From an uncultured Nitrospiraceae bacterium (GTDB taxonomy: Bacteria; Nitrospirota; Thermodesulfovibrionia; Thermodesulfovibrionales; UBA6898), in assembly GCA_963811165.1 (NCBI GenBank), contig CAWEQH010000008.1, positions 32,001 through 96,000 on the forward strand: a stretch of 64,000 nt of DNA. Reading direction: 5' to 3'. The notes beneath the pieces were generated by a model. The model was not told the DNA's origin and made no database searches. It saw only the letters and a list, made by a program, of their open reading frames with translations. Positions 1-9,242 of this stretch are shown in pieces (within the stretch, counting starts at the first letter, position 1; each line of letters starts with the position of its first letter). The translations under genes were made by a program, and so were the position numbers.

Positions 1-1
1 G

Positions 2-664
2 CAGCCCGAGCAGGCGGCCGACACCAATCCCGCGGTGGTCGCCGCAGTAGTTAAGCTCTGCCTGGAGGCGCGGGCATCAGAGGTCTGGGTAACGGATATT
101 CCGGTGAACGATCCCTACAGATGTTTCGCCCGTTCCGGCATCGAGGATGCGGTGAAGAGGGCGGGCGGAAAGATCAGATTGACTACCGAAAACGACTTTG
201 TCCTTACCGATCTGAGGGGCGAATCTCTAAAGGTGTGGCCTGTAAGCGCATTCTATCACCAGGCTGACAAGCTCATCAATCTGCCGGTCGTAAAACACCA
301 CTCCCTCAGCAAATGCACAATGGCCATGAAAAACCTTTACGGCTCTTTAGGCGGACAGAGGAACCGGTTGCATCAAGACATCAATACCTCGATCGCTGAC
401 CTCGCCTCTGCGATCAGGCCGACACTCACTGTCATGGATGCCACGAGGGTACTTAAGAGGAACGGTCCGACCGGCGGTAACCTTTCGGACGTATCCATAG
501 AGAATACGGTCATCGCCGGAGTGGACCTGGTGGCGGCTGAGTCTTATGGTCTCAGGTTTCTTGATCTGAAGGTTGAGGATATTCCTTTTATCATGATGGC
601 GCAAAAGAGGGGCATCGGGATTTCCGATTGGAAATCCCTAAACATTGCCGAGATAAACGTATGA
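2..664 (+). CDS. DUF362 domain Fe-S protein (5'-partial)
   Basis: Frame is open from the window edge (QPEQAADTNPAVV...). Motifs INLPVVKHHSLS, MAMKNLYG, LHQDI and NGPTGG are typical of DUF362; paired with the 4Fe-4S membrane gene downstream. Confidence 0.85.
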   Translation, partial: QPEQAADTNPAVVAAVVKLCLEARASEVWVTDIPVNDPYRCFARSGIEDAVKRAGGKIRLTTENDFVLTDLRGESLKVWPVSAFYHQADKLINLPVVKHHSLSKCTMAMKNLYGSLGGQRNRLHQDINTSIADLASAIRPTLTVMDATRVLKRNGPTGGNLSDVSIENTVIAGVDLVAAESYGLRFLDLKVEDIPFIMMAQKRGIGISDWKSLNIAEINV

Positions 665-2179
665 TCCGTAATATCCTGTCTCTGAGAAATATCAGGAGAA
701 TTTACGCTGTCTTTTTCATGGCGCTGTTCATACTTCTTCTTTGGCTGACGAGTTTCAGGCGCATAAAGGGCTACGAGACCCCGCTTTTTCTTGAGCTCGA
801 TCCCCTTGCCGCCATCGCCTCTTTTCTTACCAGCTGGACAGTCTATAAGGGACTCGCCCTTTCGCTTTTTGTCATTATCGGGACACTCTTTTTCGGCCGT
901 TTCTTTTGTTCGTGGATCTGTCCGATGGGCATAATCAACCAGATTGCAGGTAGCATCTTTGTCAGGCTGAGGGCGGCAGATGCCGTTTCGCTGAATTCTT
1001 ATCGCACTCTCTACCGTCTCAAATACTATTTCCTTGCTCTACTGCTCGCCCTTGCTGCTTTTGGTTCGCTCCAAAGCGGATTGCTCGATCCCATTCCACT
1101 TATCACGAGGTCCTTCTCTATCTCGGTATTTCCTGCGATTAATCACGGCCGGGGTTGGCTCTATCTGAAGCAGCCCATTTTTAACGGGGGGACTTTGCTG
1201 GGCCTTATCTTCCTTGCGGTGATCTTTGCCAACAGGTTTCTGCCGAGATTCTGGTGCCGTGCGGTCTGTCCCCTGGGTGCCTTTTTGGGACTGCTTTCCT
1301 TCCGGCCTTTTCTTAGGATATGGCGCGACGTTGACCTCTGCACCGACTGCAAAAAATGCCTCGGCCACTGTCACGGCGGATGCGATCCCCACGAGGCCCT
1401 CCGTGTCACCGAATGTCACCTTTGCATGAACTGTATAGAAGACTGCCCGGAGGGCGCGGTCCATTACGGCCTGTCAAAACCTTCAAGTTCTGTCCAGATG
1501 CCTCTCGACGTAAGCCGTCGCAGGCTGATCGAAAGCGCCCTCGCAGGGGCGGTCCTATTCCCTATGATACGAAGCACCATCACCTCCAAAACTTCACCGC
1601 AGTATCGCGTAATCAGGCCTCCCGGTTCCATTTCCGAAGAGGACTTCCTCACGGCGGTGCATCAAGTGCGGAGAATGCATGAAGGTCTGTCCGACCAACG
1701 CGATCCAGCCTGCTTTACTTGAGGCAGGATTCGAGGGGATCTGGACACCGATCCTGATCAACAGGATCGGCTACTGCGAGTACAACTGTGTGCTTTGCAG
1801 TCGCGTATGTCCTACCGGCGCCATCGGCCCTCTTACTGTTGATAAAAAACTCGGAAAGGGCGCCGGACAAAAACCCCTTAAGATCGGGACCGCCTTTTAT
1901 GACCGGGGGAGGTGCCTGCCCTGGGCGATGAACATCGACTGCATAGTCTGCGAGGAGGTCTGCCCCACATCGCCGAAGGCGATTTGGTTCCAGACTTTTG
2001 AGGTGGAGCTTCGCGACGGAACGAAAAAAATGCTGAAGCGCCCTTATGTAGACCCGAATCTCTGTATCGGGTGCGGGATATGTGAAAACAAGTGTCCTAT
2101 CCGCGACAAAGCAGCAGTGCGTGTTACCTCTATAGGAGAGACGCGGTCGTCAACGAATCAGATGATACTCAAGTCCTGA
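661..2179 (+). CDS. 4Fe-4S binding polyferredoxin membrane protein (NapH/MauN + MauM/NapG-like), one frameshift near 1653
   Basis: ATG at 661 overlaps the DUF362 stop. TM segments with GRFFCSWICP and RFWCRAVCP. Removing one G at 1653-1654 joins RPPGS..EEDFL to (T)RCIKCGECMKVCPTN and further CxxCxxCxxxCP motifs in ORF 1679-2179. Confidence 0.85.
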
Positions 2180-2729
2180 TAAAAAGACACTTTGATGAGT
2201 GGTATTCGGAAGAAAAGGATCAAGAGATAAGAGGCGGAAAAGGACCTCTAAAAAAGGTCGGGCCCTGGTCAGTGCGCCGATCCCCTTTGTCGCCGGTTGA
2301 GACATCTAACGACAAAAAACACACTGCCAAAGCCCCCCTTTGCCTGACACGATCTAAATATGATCTTGTCAGCCCGCCCCGCGTTACAAGTACCCTCCGT
2401 GACCAAGCCCCGATAGCGATCTCCTCCAAGAGATGTCAATAAGTACGACATAGTCGTCTGCAAGTGAGGTGCCAGTACTTTTGAAGTAAGAAAGTGGCCG
2501 ATTTAAAAGGCTTTATATAAAGCCATCTCTCCAAAGATATAGAACTTAGATATAAACGAACTCAATAATTTGTATAGTTGAGAAAATGTTGTTTGAAATC
2601 AGCATGATACGTCTTAGGCAGATATTAAGAAATTCAGAGAGTAATACGTTTTACACTCTATTTGCCGCGTCTAGGCCTGAGATCTAATGATGAACGGGAT
2701 AAATAGCACCCGTCAAAATTTCTTGTGCT

Positions 2730-3104
2730 CTACGTTGTGTACTGCACGGAAACTTCATAAGTAATAGTCGAGTGGTCGGCAGACGGGGTATTGCCTTCAC
2801 AGCTGAGATTTCCTTTTGCAGCCACTCTACGGTTTCTGATCATCCCGGTAATAACCTGGGTGAGATCAAACCCGCCATCGACACATTCCTTGTTCAGGCA
2901 GTCTATCCTGAACAATGCAGAACTGCCGGGAAAGAAATTAACGACCCTGGGCAATGATTTTTGGATGCCCTTTTGATTATATATCATGTTGATGACAATG
3001 CCCGAAACTTCAGGGAAGTGGGCAACCATAAAACCCGCGTCGATCTTCCGCTGGCGCCTTTCCATCCTTGCTGCATTCTTTCTGCTGTTAGCACTGTTGT
3101 TCAT
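2730..3104 (-). CDS. Hypothetical protein downstream of cold-shock gene; Cys motif CLNKECVDGGFDL...C
   Basis: 124-aa ORF with purine-rich RBS (AGGGGG); basic N-terminus; three spaced Cys residues. Confidence 0.7.
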   Translation of the reverse strand: MNNSANSRKNAARMERRQRKIDAGFMVAHFPEVSGIVINMIYNQKGIQKSLPRVVNFFPGSSALFRIDCLNKECVDGGFDLTQVITGMIRNRRVAAKGNLSCEGNTPSADHSTITYEVSVQYTT

Positions 3105-3121
3105 ATCCCCCCTGATGAGAA

Positions 3122-3146
3122 GACCCCTCCCGTTTGGGGAGGGGTC
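3122..3146 (-). terminator. GC-rich hairpin after csp (weak U-tail; probably leaky terminator or stabiliser)
   Basis: GACCCCTCCC(3122-3131)/GGGAGGGGTC(3137-3146) 10-bp stem just after the csp stop. Confidence 0.6.
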
Positions 3147-3152
3147 CGTTAA

Positions 3153-3353
3153 TTACAGTTTGACGACGTTGATTGCCTTGGGGCCTTTCGGGCCTTTTTC
3201 GGTATCAAAGCTGACCTTGTCACCCTCGGCAAGACTCTTAAAGCCATTACCCTGGATAGAAGTATGATGGACAAAGGCTTCGCTTCCATCGTTATTCGCG
3301 ATGAATCCAAACCCTTTGCTGTCATTAAACCATTTTACAGTTCCTTGTTCCAT
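3153..3353 (-). CDS. cspA: Cold-shock protein (CspA family)
   Basis: [15 protein letters not shown] (RNP1), FVHHTSI (RNP2), [20 protein letters not shown]. Confidence 0.97.
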   Translation of the reverse strand: MEQGTVKWFNDSKGFGFIANNDGSEAFVHHTSIQGNGFKSLAEGDKVSFDTEKGPKGPKAINVVKL

Positions 3354-3401
3354 TTCCTATTACCTCCTTATCGTTAGACTCAAATCTCAGAAGGTCTCGG
3401 C

Positions 3402-3439
3402 AAATAAAAAGGCCACAAAGTCAAAAGTCTTTGTGGCCT
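3402..3439 (-). terminator. Intrinsic-terminator-like hairpin in csp leader / after infC
   Basis: AGGCCACAAAG(3410-3420)/CTTTGTGGCCT(3429-3439) 11-bp stem followed on the minus strand by a U-rich tract (TTTTATTT). Confidence 0.7.
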
Positions 3440-3473
3440 CATGAACGGCAAAAACTTCTAAAATCCTGCATGT

Positions 3474-3503
3474 AGGATAGCACGTCCTCGTATATTAAAG
3501 CAA
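3474..3503 (-). promoter_or_regulatory. Putative sigma70 promoter of csp
   Basis: Minus strand TTGCTT-N18-TATCCT with TG extended -10. Confidence 0.45.
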
Positions 3504-3516
3504 GGAAGAAATGATG

Positions 3517-4062
3517 TCACGAAGCCCTGAGAATCATTACCATCTGGCGGCCGTCCATCTTCGGCTGGGATTCTACTTTCGCGATATCTTCCAGTTCGAG
3601 CGCCAACCTGTTTAACACATTCGTCCCCAGGTCCTGGCGACTGAATTCCCGTCCTCTAAAGCGAATGGTAACCTTGACCTTGTCCCCGTTACCGATGAAC
3701 TTCCGCACATTACGCTTTTTGAACTCATAATCATGAGTATCGATCGAAGGGCGCATCCTGATTTCCTTCAGTGTGAGGGTAGTTTGATTTTTTTTGGCCT
3801 TCCGCTCTTTCTTGCCTTCCTCGAACTTGAACTTCCTGTAGTCCATGATCTTGCATACCGGCGGCTCAGCCAGGGGGCTGATTTCAACGAGATCCAAATC
3901 CTGTTCTTCTGCGAGCTTCAATGCCGATTCAATATCCATTATGCCGATCTGCCCTTCCTCGGCGACAACCCTTATCTCTTTCGCTTTAATGAGCCGTATC
4001 TGGTTGTTTACGCGGGTCTTGTCGACGACCCTCCCGGGCGATATCCTTCTTTGATTGACTAT
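3517..4062 (-). CDS. infC: Translation initiation factor IF-3, non-canonical ATA start
   Basis: DLDLVEISPLAEPPVCKIMDY, KEIRMRPSIDTHD, DKVKVTIRFRGRE. SD AAGGAGG lies 7 nt upstream of an in-frame ATA at 4062. Confidence 0.95.
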   Translation of the reverse strand: MVNQRRISPGRVVDKTRVNNQIRLIKAKEIRVVAEEGQIGIMDIESALKLAEEQDLDLVEISPLAEPPVCKIMDYRKFKFEEGKKERKAKKNQTTLTLKEIRMRPSIDTHDYEFKKRNVRKFIGNGDKVKVTIRFRGREFSRQDLGTNVLNRLALELEDIAKVESQPKMDGRQMVMILRAS

Positions 4063-4233
4063 GGTGTGTCCTCCTTTTGCCGGTAGTCTTTGCCGGACTT
4101 TGTCTTCCGTGCAGTACAATCGGCATCTCTAGTGTAACATGTTTACACGATAAGACTGTTTTTTATATTCTCAAGGCAGTCAAGAGGCACAAAAAGCCGG
4201 ACTATATTACGGCGGCAGTCTTGAAGTGTATCA

Positions 4234-5763
4234 CTATTGTCCCCTGTCCAATGTCCTATATTGTATCGCCTCGGATATGTGGTGAGACTGGATATCTTCT
4301 GAGGATTCAAGGTCCGCAATCGTGCGGGAGAGCTTAAGTATCCTCGTATAGGCCCTTGCGGAAAGTGCGAGCTTATGCATCGCGTTTTCGATGAGGGTCT
4401 GGGCGTCGCCCTTGAGTCTGCAGAATTTCTTTATATGCCGTGTCTTCATCTGTCCGTTACAGTAGATCCTGTCACCTTTGAATCTTTCAAGTTGACTGGA
4501 CCTTGCGCCGATGACCCTCGCCCGGATATCTTCCGACTTTTCGCCTGCGTATTCTGTAGACAGGTCCTTGTAGGGGACCGAGGGGACCTCGATATGAATA
4601 TCGATCCGGTCAAGAAGGGGGCCCGATACCCTTCTTCTGTAGCGGTATATCTGGCCGGGCGTGCAGGTACATTGGTGCCTGGGGTCCGAAAGGTATCCGC
4701 AGGGGCAAGGGTTCATGGCGGACACAAGCATGAAAGATGCCGGATAGGTGATCGATGCCACGGCCCTTGAGACGGTGACCTCTCCGTTTTCAAGCGGTTG
4801 CCTTAAGACCTCAAGGACGTTCCTTTTGAACTCCGGGATTTCATCTAAAAAGAGTACGCCGTTATGGGCAAGACTTACCTCACCTGGTTTCGGGACCTGT
4901 CCGCCTCCTATCAGTGCGACATCAGAAATAGTATGGTGGGGGGACCGAAACGGCCTTGTGGCTAGAAGTGGCTGGTCGTCCCGCAAAAGACCGGCGATAC
5001 TATGGATCCGGGTTGTCTCAAGCGCTTCATCGAACGTCATGCCGGGAAGGATCGTCGCCAGGCGCCTGGAAAGCATCGTCTTTCCAGAACCGGGAGGGCC
5101 GACCATTAGGACGTTGTGGCCGCCCGCCGCAGACACCTCGAGCGCCCTTTTTGCGTGTTCCTGTCCCTTGACCTCGGAGAAATCATCATCGTAGACCGAT
5201 AGCACCTTTATCGTCTCGGGGATGTCAATCGCATAGGGCGGGCAGTCCTTTGTCCCACAAAGGAAATCCACGACATCAGGAAGGCTTTTGATACCGTATA
5301 CCTTCACCCCAGTGACAACTGCGGCCTCAGGCGCATTTTCAAAAGGGAGAATGATGCCTCTTAGGCCCGCCGCCCTGACCATCAAGGCCATCGAAAGCGC
5401 CCCCCTTACGGGTTTGATCCTTCCATCGAGTGAAAGTTCCCCGGTAAACAGATAGCCGTTGAGCGCGTCCTGTTCTATCAGTCCCTCGGAGCTGATGATG
5501 CCGACGGCTATCGGAAGGTCGAAGGCCGAGCCCTCTTTCTTGAGGTCGGCCGGAGCAAGGTTGACGGTGATCTGTTTTAGCGGAAAGTTGAAACCGATAT
5601 TTTTCAGGGCCGCCTTTACCCTGTCACGGCTTTCTTTGACAGCGGCGTCGGGAAGTCCGACCATCGAAAAATGCGGCAGTCCCCGGGAAGAGATGTCCAC
5701 CTCGACCTCTACTTTGTATGCCTCGATCCCTATGACACTGGCGCTCAATACCTTAGAGAGCAT
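4234..5763 (-). CDS. comM: YifB/ComM Mg-chelatase-like AAA+ ATPase
   Basis: MLSKVLSA start; [54 protein letters not shown]. Confidence 0.95.
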   Translation of the reverse strand: MLSKVLSASVIGIEAYKVEVEVDISSRGLPHFSMVGLPDAAVKESRDRVKAALKNIGFNFPLKQITVNLAPADLKKEGSAFDLPIAVGIISSEGLIEQDALNGYLFTGELSLDGRIKPVRGALSMALMVRAAGLRGIILPFENAPEAAVVTGVKVYGIKSLPDVVDFLCGTKDCPPYAIDIPETIKVLSVYDDDFSEVKGQEHAKRALEVSAAGGHNVLMVGPPGSGKTMLSRRLATILPGMTFDEALETTRIHSIAGLLRDDQPLLATRPFRSPHHTISDVALIGGGQVPKPGEVSLAHNGVLFLDEIPEFKRNVLEVLRQPLENGEVTVSRAVASITYPASFMLVSAMNPCPCGYLSDPRHQCTCTPGQIYRYRRRVSGPLLDRIDIHIEVPSVPYKDLSTEYAGEKSEDIRARVIGARSSQLERFKGDRIYCNGQMKTRHIKKFCRLKGDAQTLIENAMHKLALSARAYTRILKLSRTIADLESSEDIQSHHISEAIQYRTLDRGQ

Positions 5764-5955
5764 TATAGGTCCTTTCTTGTCCCAATACAATGCGGGGCGC
5801 AATCGAAAACGGCCGAAAGGCTGCTGATAATCCCCGCCAAAGGATAGCATTAAATAAGCAGGAAGGGCAAGATTTTTTTCGGCCCATAAGATTGCAAAAA
5901 TAAACCGCGCCGTTTTATTATTAGCGAGGCTGTGTTACGACATGAAAGGGAAGGT

Positions 5956-6405
5956 ATGAGAAAGACTGCTCTTTTTTTAACGATTTTATTTGCCGCAATG
6001 TTCCTTTTTTCCTGCGGGAAAAAAGAGGTCAAGATTGCCTCTCAGGAGTCAAAGACCGCCGAAGAGTCCTTCGCGCTGGCCGAGAGGATCAGGGACGCAT
6101 TCATACGAAATGACCTCGACACGCTCCGGAAAAACGCTACTGAGAGCGGCTTTAAGGAAATAACCGCCGACAAAAAAACCTATGAGAGCGTCGAGCTCAC
6201 ATTCACTCCCAGGTGGGTGGAGATCGATAAAGACACGGTAACCCTGAATGTGACGTGGAAAGGCAAATGGACCTCCGGGGGAAAAAAGACTGAAGACCGC
6301 GGCATGGCCGTCTTTGTCATGGAGGGAATGCCTCTGAAACTCTCCGGGATATTAAGGGCGAACCCCTTTACCTTCCCCGATCAGCAGCTACCTAAGTCTT
6401 ATTAG
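5956..6405 (+). CDS. Hypothetical lipoprotein
   Basis: MRK + hydrophobic stretch + lipobox LFSC; NTF2-like length. Confidence 0.75.
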   Translation: MRKTALFLTILFAAMFLFSCGKKEVKIASQESKTAEESFALAERIRDAFIRNDLDTLRKNATESGFKEITADKKTYESVELTFTPRWVEIDKDTVTLNVTWKGKWTSGGKKTEDRGMAVFVMEGMPLKLSGILRANPFTFPDQQLPKSY

Positions 6406-6614
6406 TGGCAGGAACTGCACGTCCCCTTGCTGCACGAGGTACAGCCGGATGACGATCCGGCAGAGGGCTTTTCAACCCCGCTCATGCCAAAGGTGGACAT
6501 CTTCTTCTTTATATCACGAGATGAGCAGTTCGGGCAATCCACATCCTTATTCCCAAAGACGAGTTTTTCGAACTCCTCGCCGCATGCGGTGCATCTATAT
6601 TCGTAAATAGGCAT
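6402..6614 (-). CDS. FmdB family zinc-ribbon protein
   Basis: [12 protein letters not shown]...CPNC plus Cys-rich C-terminal tail. Confidence 0.93.
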   Translation of the reverse strand: MPIYEYRCTACGEEFEKLVFGNKDVDCPNCSSRDIKKKMSTFGMSGVEKPSAGSSSGCTSCSKGTCSSCH

Positions 6615-6668
6615 CTTCTTCCTTATTTAGATGATTTTCCATAAAGGGCGGGGAATACCCCGACCCCA

Positions 6669-7319
6669 CTATTTTTTCTTAGGTACTTTTTCCCAGTCCT
6701 TAAGGAATTTCGCAAGCCCTATATCGGTAAGCGGGTGCTTGATCAACTGAGTGATTACCGAATACGGGATCGTTGCGATATGGGCACCCATCCTTGCGGC
6801 ATCGACCACATGCAGAGGGTTACGGATGCTGGCGACGATTATCTCGGTCTCAAACATATAGTTTTCATAGATATCTAAAATATCGCTGACTATCGCCATC
6901 CCATCATGGCTTATGTCGTCCAGCCTTCCTACAAACGGGCTTACGAATGTAGCCCCTGCCTTGGCCGCAAGGAGCGCCTGGGTAGGCGAAAAGACGAGGG
7001 TGACATTCGTCTTTATCCTGAGGCCGGAGAGCTTTTTGACCGCCTTCAGCCCCTCTTCGATCATCGGTATCTTTACGACGATATTCTTATGAATGCCCGC
7101 GAGTTCCTTAGCTTCTTTTACCATGACATCGGCAGTCATGCCGACAACCTCGGCGCTTACAGGGCCCTTGACGATGCCGCAGATGGCCTTAAGCACTTGG
7201 ACCGGGTCTTTGCCCTCCTTCGCCATAAGGGAGGGGTTGGTCGTGACCCCGTCGATAACACCCAGTTCGTTGGCCTTTCTGATCTCTTCAATATTTGCCG
7301 TATCGATAAAAAATTTCAT
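6669..7319 (-). CDS. fsa: Transaldolase / fructose-6-phosphate aldolase family
   Basis: [43 protein letters not shown]. Confidence 0.95.
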   Translation of the reverse strand: MKFFIDTANIEEIRKANELGVIDGVTTNPSLMAKEGKDPVQVLKAICGIVKGPVSAEVVGMTADVMVKEAKELAGIHKNIVVKIPMIEEGLKAVKKLSGLRIKTNVTLVFSPTQALLAAKAGATFVSPFVGRLDDISHDGMAIVSDILDIYENYMFETEIIVASIRNPLHVVDAARMGAHIATIPYSVITQLIKHPLTDIGLAKFLKDWEKVPKKK

Positions 7320-7768
7320 ATATTCCCCTTATAAATAAATTGGTCCTTTATTATAACGAAAATACCCGTGTTTTTGCCTCGTCGTAAACATAAGCGGGGC
7401 GACTGTATTTGAGCGGATTATTTCTTGTAGCGGCGCTTCGATACAGTCCCCGGACTCATAGTTCCCCGTTTTAAAGCAGGACATTTTGGCATAAAAATAG
7501 TATCAATGAAGCGAATTCCAGCTTTGGCATCCTAGGGCACTGAAGGCAATGCTGTATAAGGCTGAAGTTAAAATACGAAGATCTTTAGTTTTAGGAGGTG
7601 TATCATGGCAAATCCAGTGTGAAAAAAGAGAGGATGGCTAACAATTCTTGATATTTACTCCATATAAGGGCGGTGACATGTATAAAGACCATTGCTGTAT
7701 GCACGCCATCATCTTTTTGCTGTCGATATCGGTTACTCTTTTTGCCATGCCGTTTTGTAATTAACGAA

Positions 7769-7793
7769 AAGGGGCTGTCATCGACAGCCCCTT
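7769..7793 (-). terminator. Intrinsic terminator of the IPTL-CTERM gene
   Basis: AAGGGGCTGTC/GACAGCCCCTT 11-bp stem; short U-tract on the minus strand. Confidence 0.75.
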
Positions 7794-7826
7794 AAACGGG
7801 CAATCTGCGCGGAGCAAATGCAGCCC

Positions 7827-8993
7827 TTATCCTCTGGACTTTTGTCTCCTGAAGAAATAAATTGAGCCAAGTCCTGATAGAACGACAAATATGATCGCGC
7901 CCCACTGGCCCATAGCGGGTATCGATACCGGCTTAGGCGGCTGGACACTGAAATTGGCCACCCGTGACTTGTCAGTTGCGCTCATGCAGGTCAGGGCATT
8001 GGGATTAGTCAGGTTCGCGAGTTCGGCGGACTTCGCCGCGGCAGCGGCCTTTGAGGGCTGGCTTACCGCAAAATTCATGATGATCTTCGTCTCGCCGGGT
8101 GCAAGAGTGAAGGTGTAACCCCAGAAGGGGTTGTCATCGCCGTTGACAAAGTTGATGCCGGCAAGTCCCACCGGGGAGCCGGTGCCCCTGAGTACATGTC
8201 CAAGGCGCGGATCACCAGATGTGGTACCTGAGTAGTTCTGCATAGAGGCGACCCAGGTGTCGGTGACTTCGGCGGTCAAATTGCCGCTTGAGGTATTGGT
8301 GATGATCGTGTTGGAGTCGGAACCCAGGTTGTTGGCCTGAACAAGCGTGACCGTCTGGGGCGTGGCACCGGTGTTTGTGATTATGTTTTGCCAGCGGGCA
8401 AAAGAGTCATTGTCCGGCACAAAGACCTTCCTCGATAGTTGGATGTTCCCGATCGTCTGCGTGGGGAATACGATCTGCCGGTTGACGCCTGAGACTGAAC
8501 CAAGACACTCAGAAGTCGCTGGCCCGTTTTGGTTGTATATGACAAAATTGGCGTTGCCGGTGGCGCAATTCGCCACCGTGTTGTTGAGGCTGAGACAGAT
8601 TGTGTTGTAACCGTCATAGGCATCGTTCAGCGTTGAAGCTGTTAGCCCTCCGTTCGCTGTTGTTGCCTGAACCGGAGCCTGATATGATGCCTCGCTCATG
8701 GCGCCTGAGGCCGACGATGTGGTATTGAAAGTAATGTTGGTGTTAATGAACCACTCCATACCTGAGTTGTCGATGAGATGTTGCGAGCCCGTTGCCTTAA
8801 GTGGAGTGCCCACATTCCCTCCCTTGCTTTTCATCTGTTTGGCATAAGACTTCCTGTCGGTGAGCGACACGTCGGCAAACGCACTGGTTGCGATTATCAA
8901 GGCCAGCACCATAAAGACGCCGTATACACGGACCATTTTGGCAAGTCTGTGCCCAATGTTACTTCCCCCTTTTACAAGATACTCGAATCTCAC
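7827..8993 (-). CDS. Secreted surface protein with IPTL-CTERM sorting signal
   Basis: SD AAGGAGG before GTG; signal peptide ending AFA; Thr/Asn/Ser-rich beta domain; C-terminal IPAMGQWG + TM helix + RRQKSRG. Confidence 0.8.
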   Translation of the reverse strand: MRFEYLVKGGSNIGHRLAKMVRVYGVFMVLALIIATSAFADVSLTDRKSYAKQMKSKGGNVGTPLKATGSQHLIDNSGMEWFINTNITFNTTSSASGAMSEASYQAPVQATTANGGLTASTLNDAYDGYNTICLSLNNTVANCATGNANFVIYNQNGPATSECLGSVSGVNRQIVFPTQTIGNIQLSRKVFVPDNDSFARWQNIITNTGATPQTVTLVQANNLGSDSNTIITNTSSGNLTAEVTDTWVASMQNYSGTTSGDPRLGHVLRGTGSPVGLAGINFVNGDDNPFWGYTFTLAPGETKIIMNFAVSQPSKAAAAAKSAELANLTNPNALTCMSATDKSRVANFSVQPPKPVSIPAMGQWGAIIFVVLSGLGSIYFFRRQKSRG

Positions 8994-9242
8994 AAATAAG
9001 CCCTCCTTTTCAAGGATATTTAGGAATTTTAGCTGTTCATTAATTTTAGAAATACTATGCTAAACAGCTGCTCCTGTCAAGTATTCTTTTGGTATTCGTT
9101 TTTGGTCTCTATTTTTGCCTCTTTGCAAAGCAATCCTTATTTGCGCAACTATTTACCGGCGTCTGCTCCTCGAACCCGGCCTTGTACACGCGGCCACGGA
9201 GCAAAATCTGCTGTAGTTTTGCTATAGTATAAAATGAATTTA

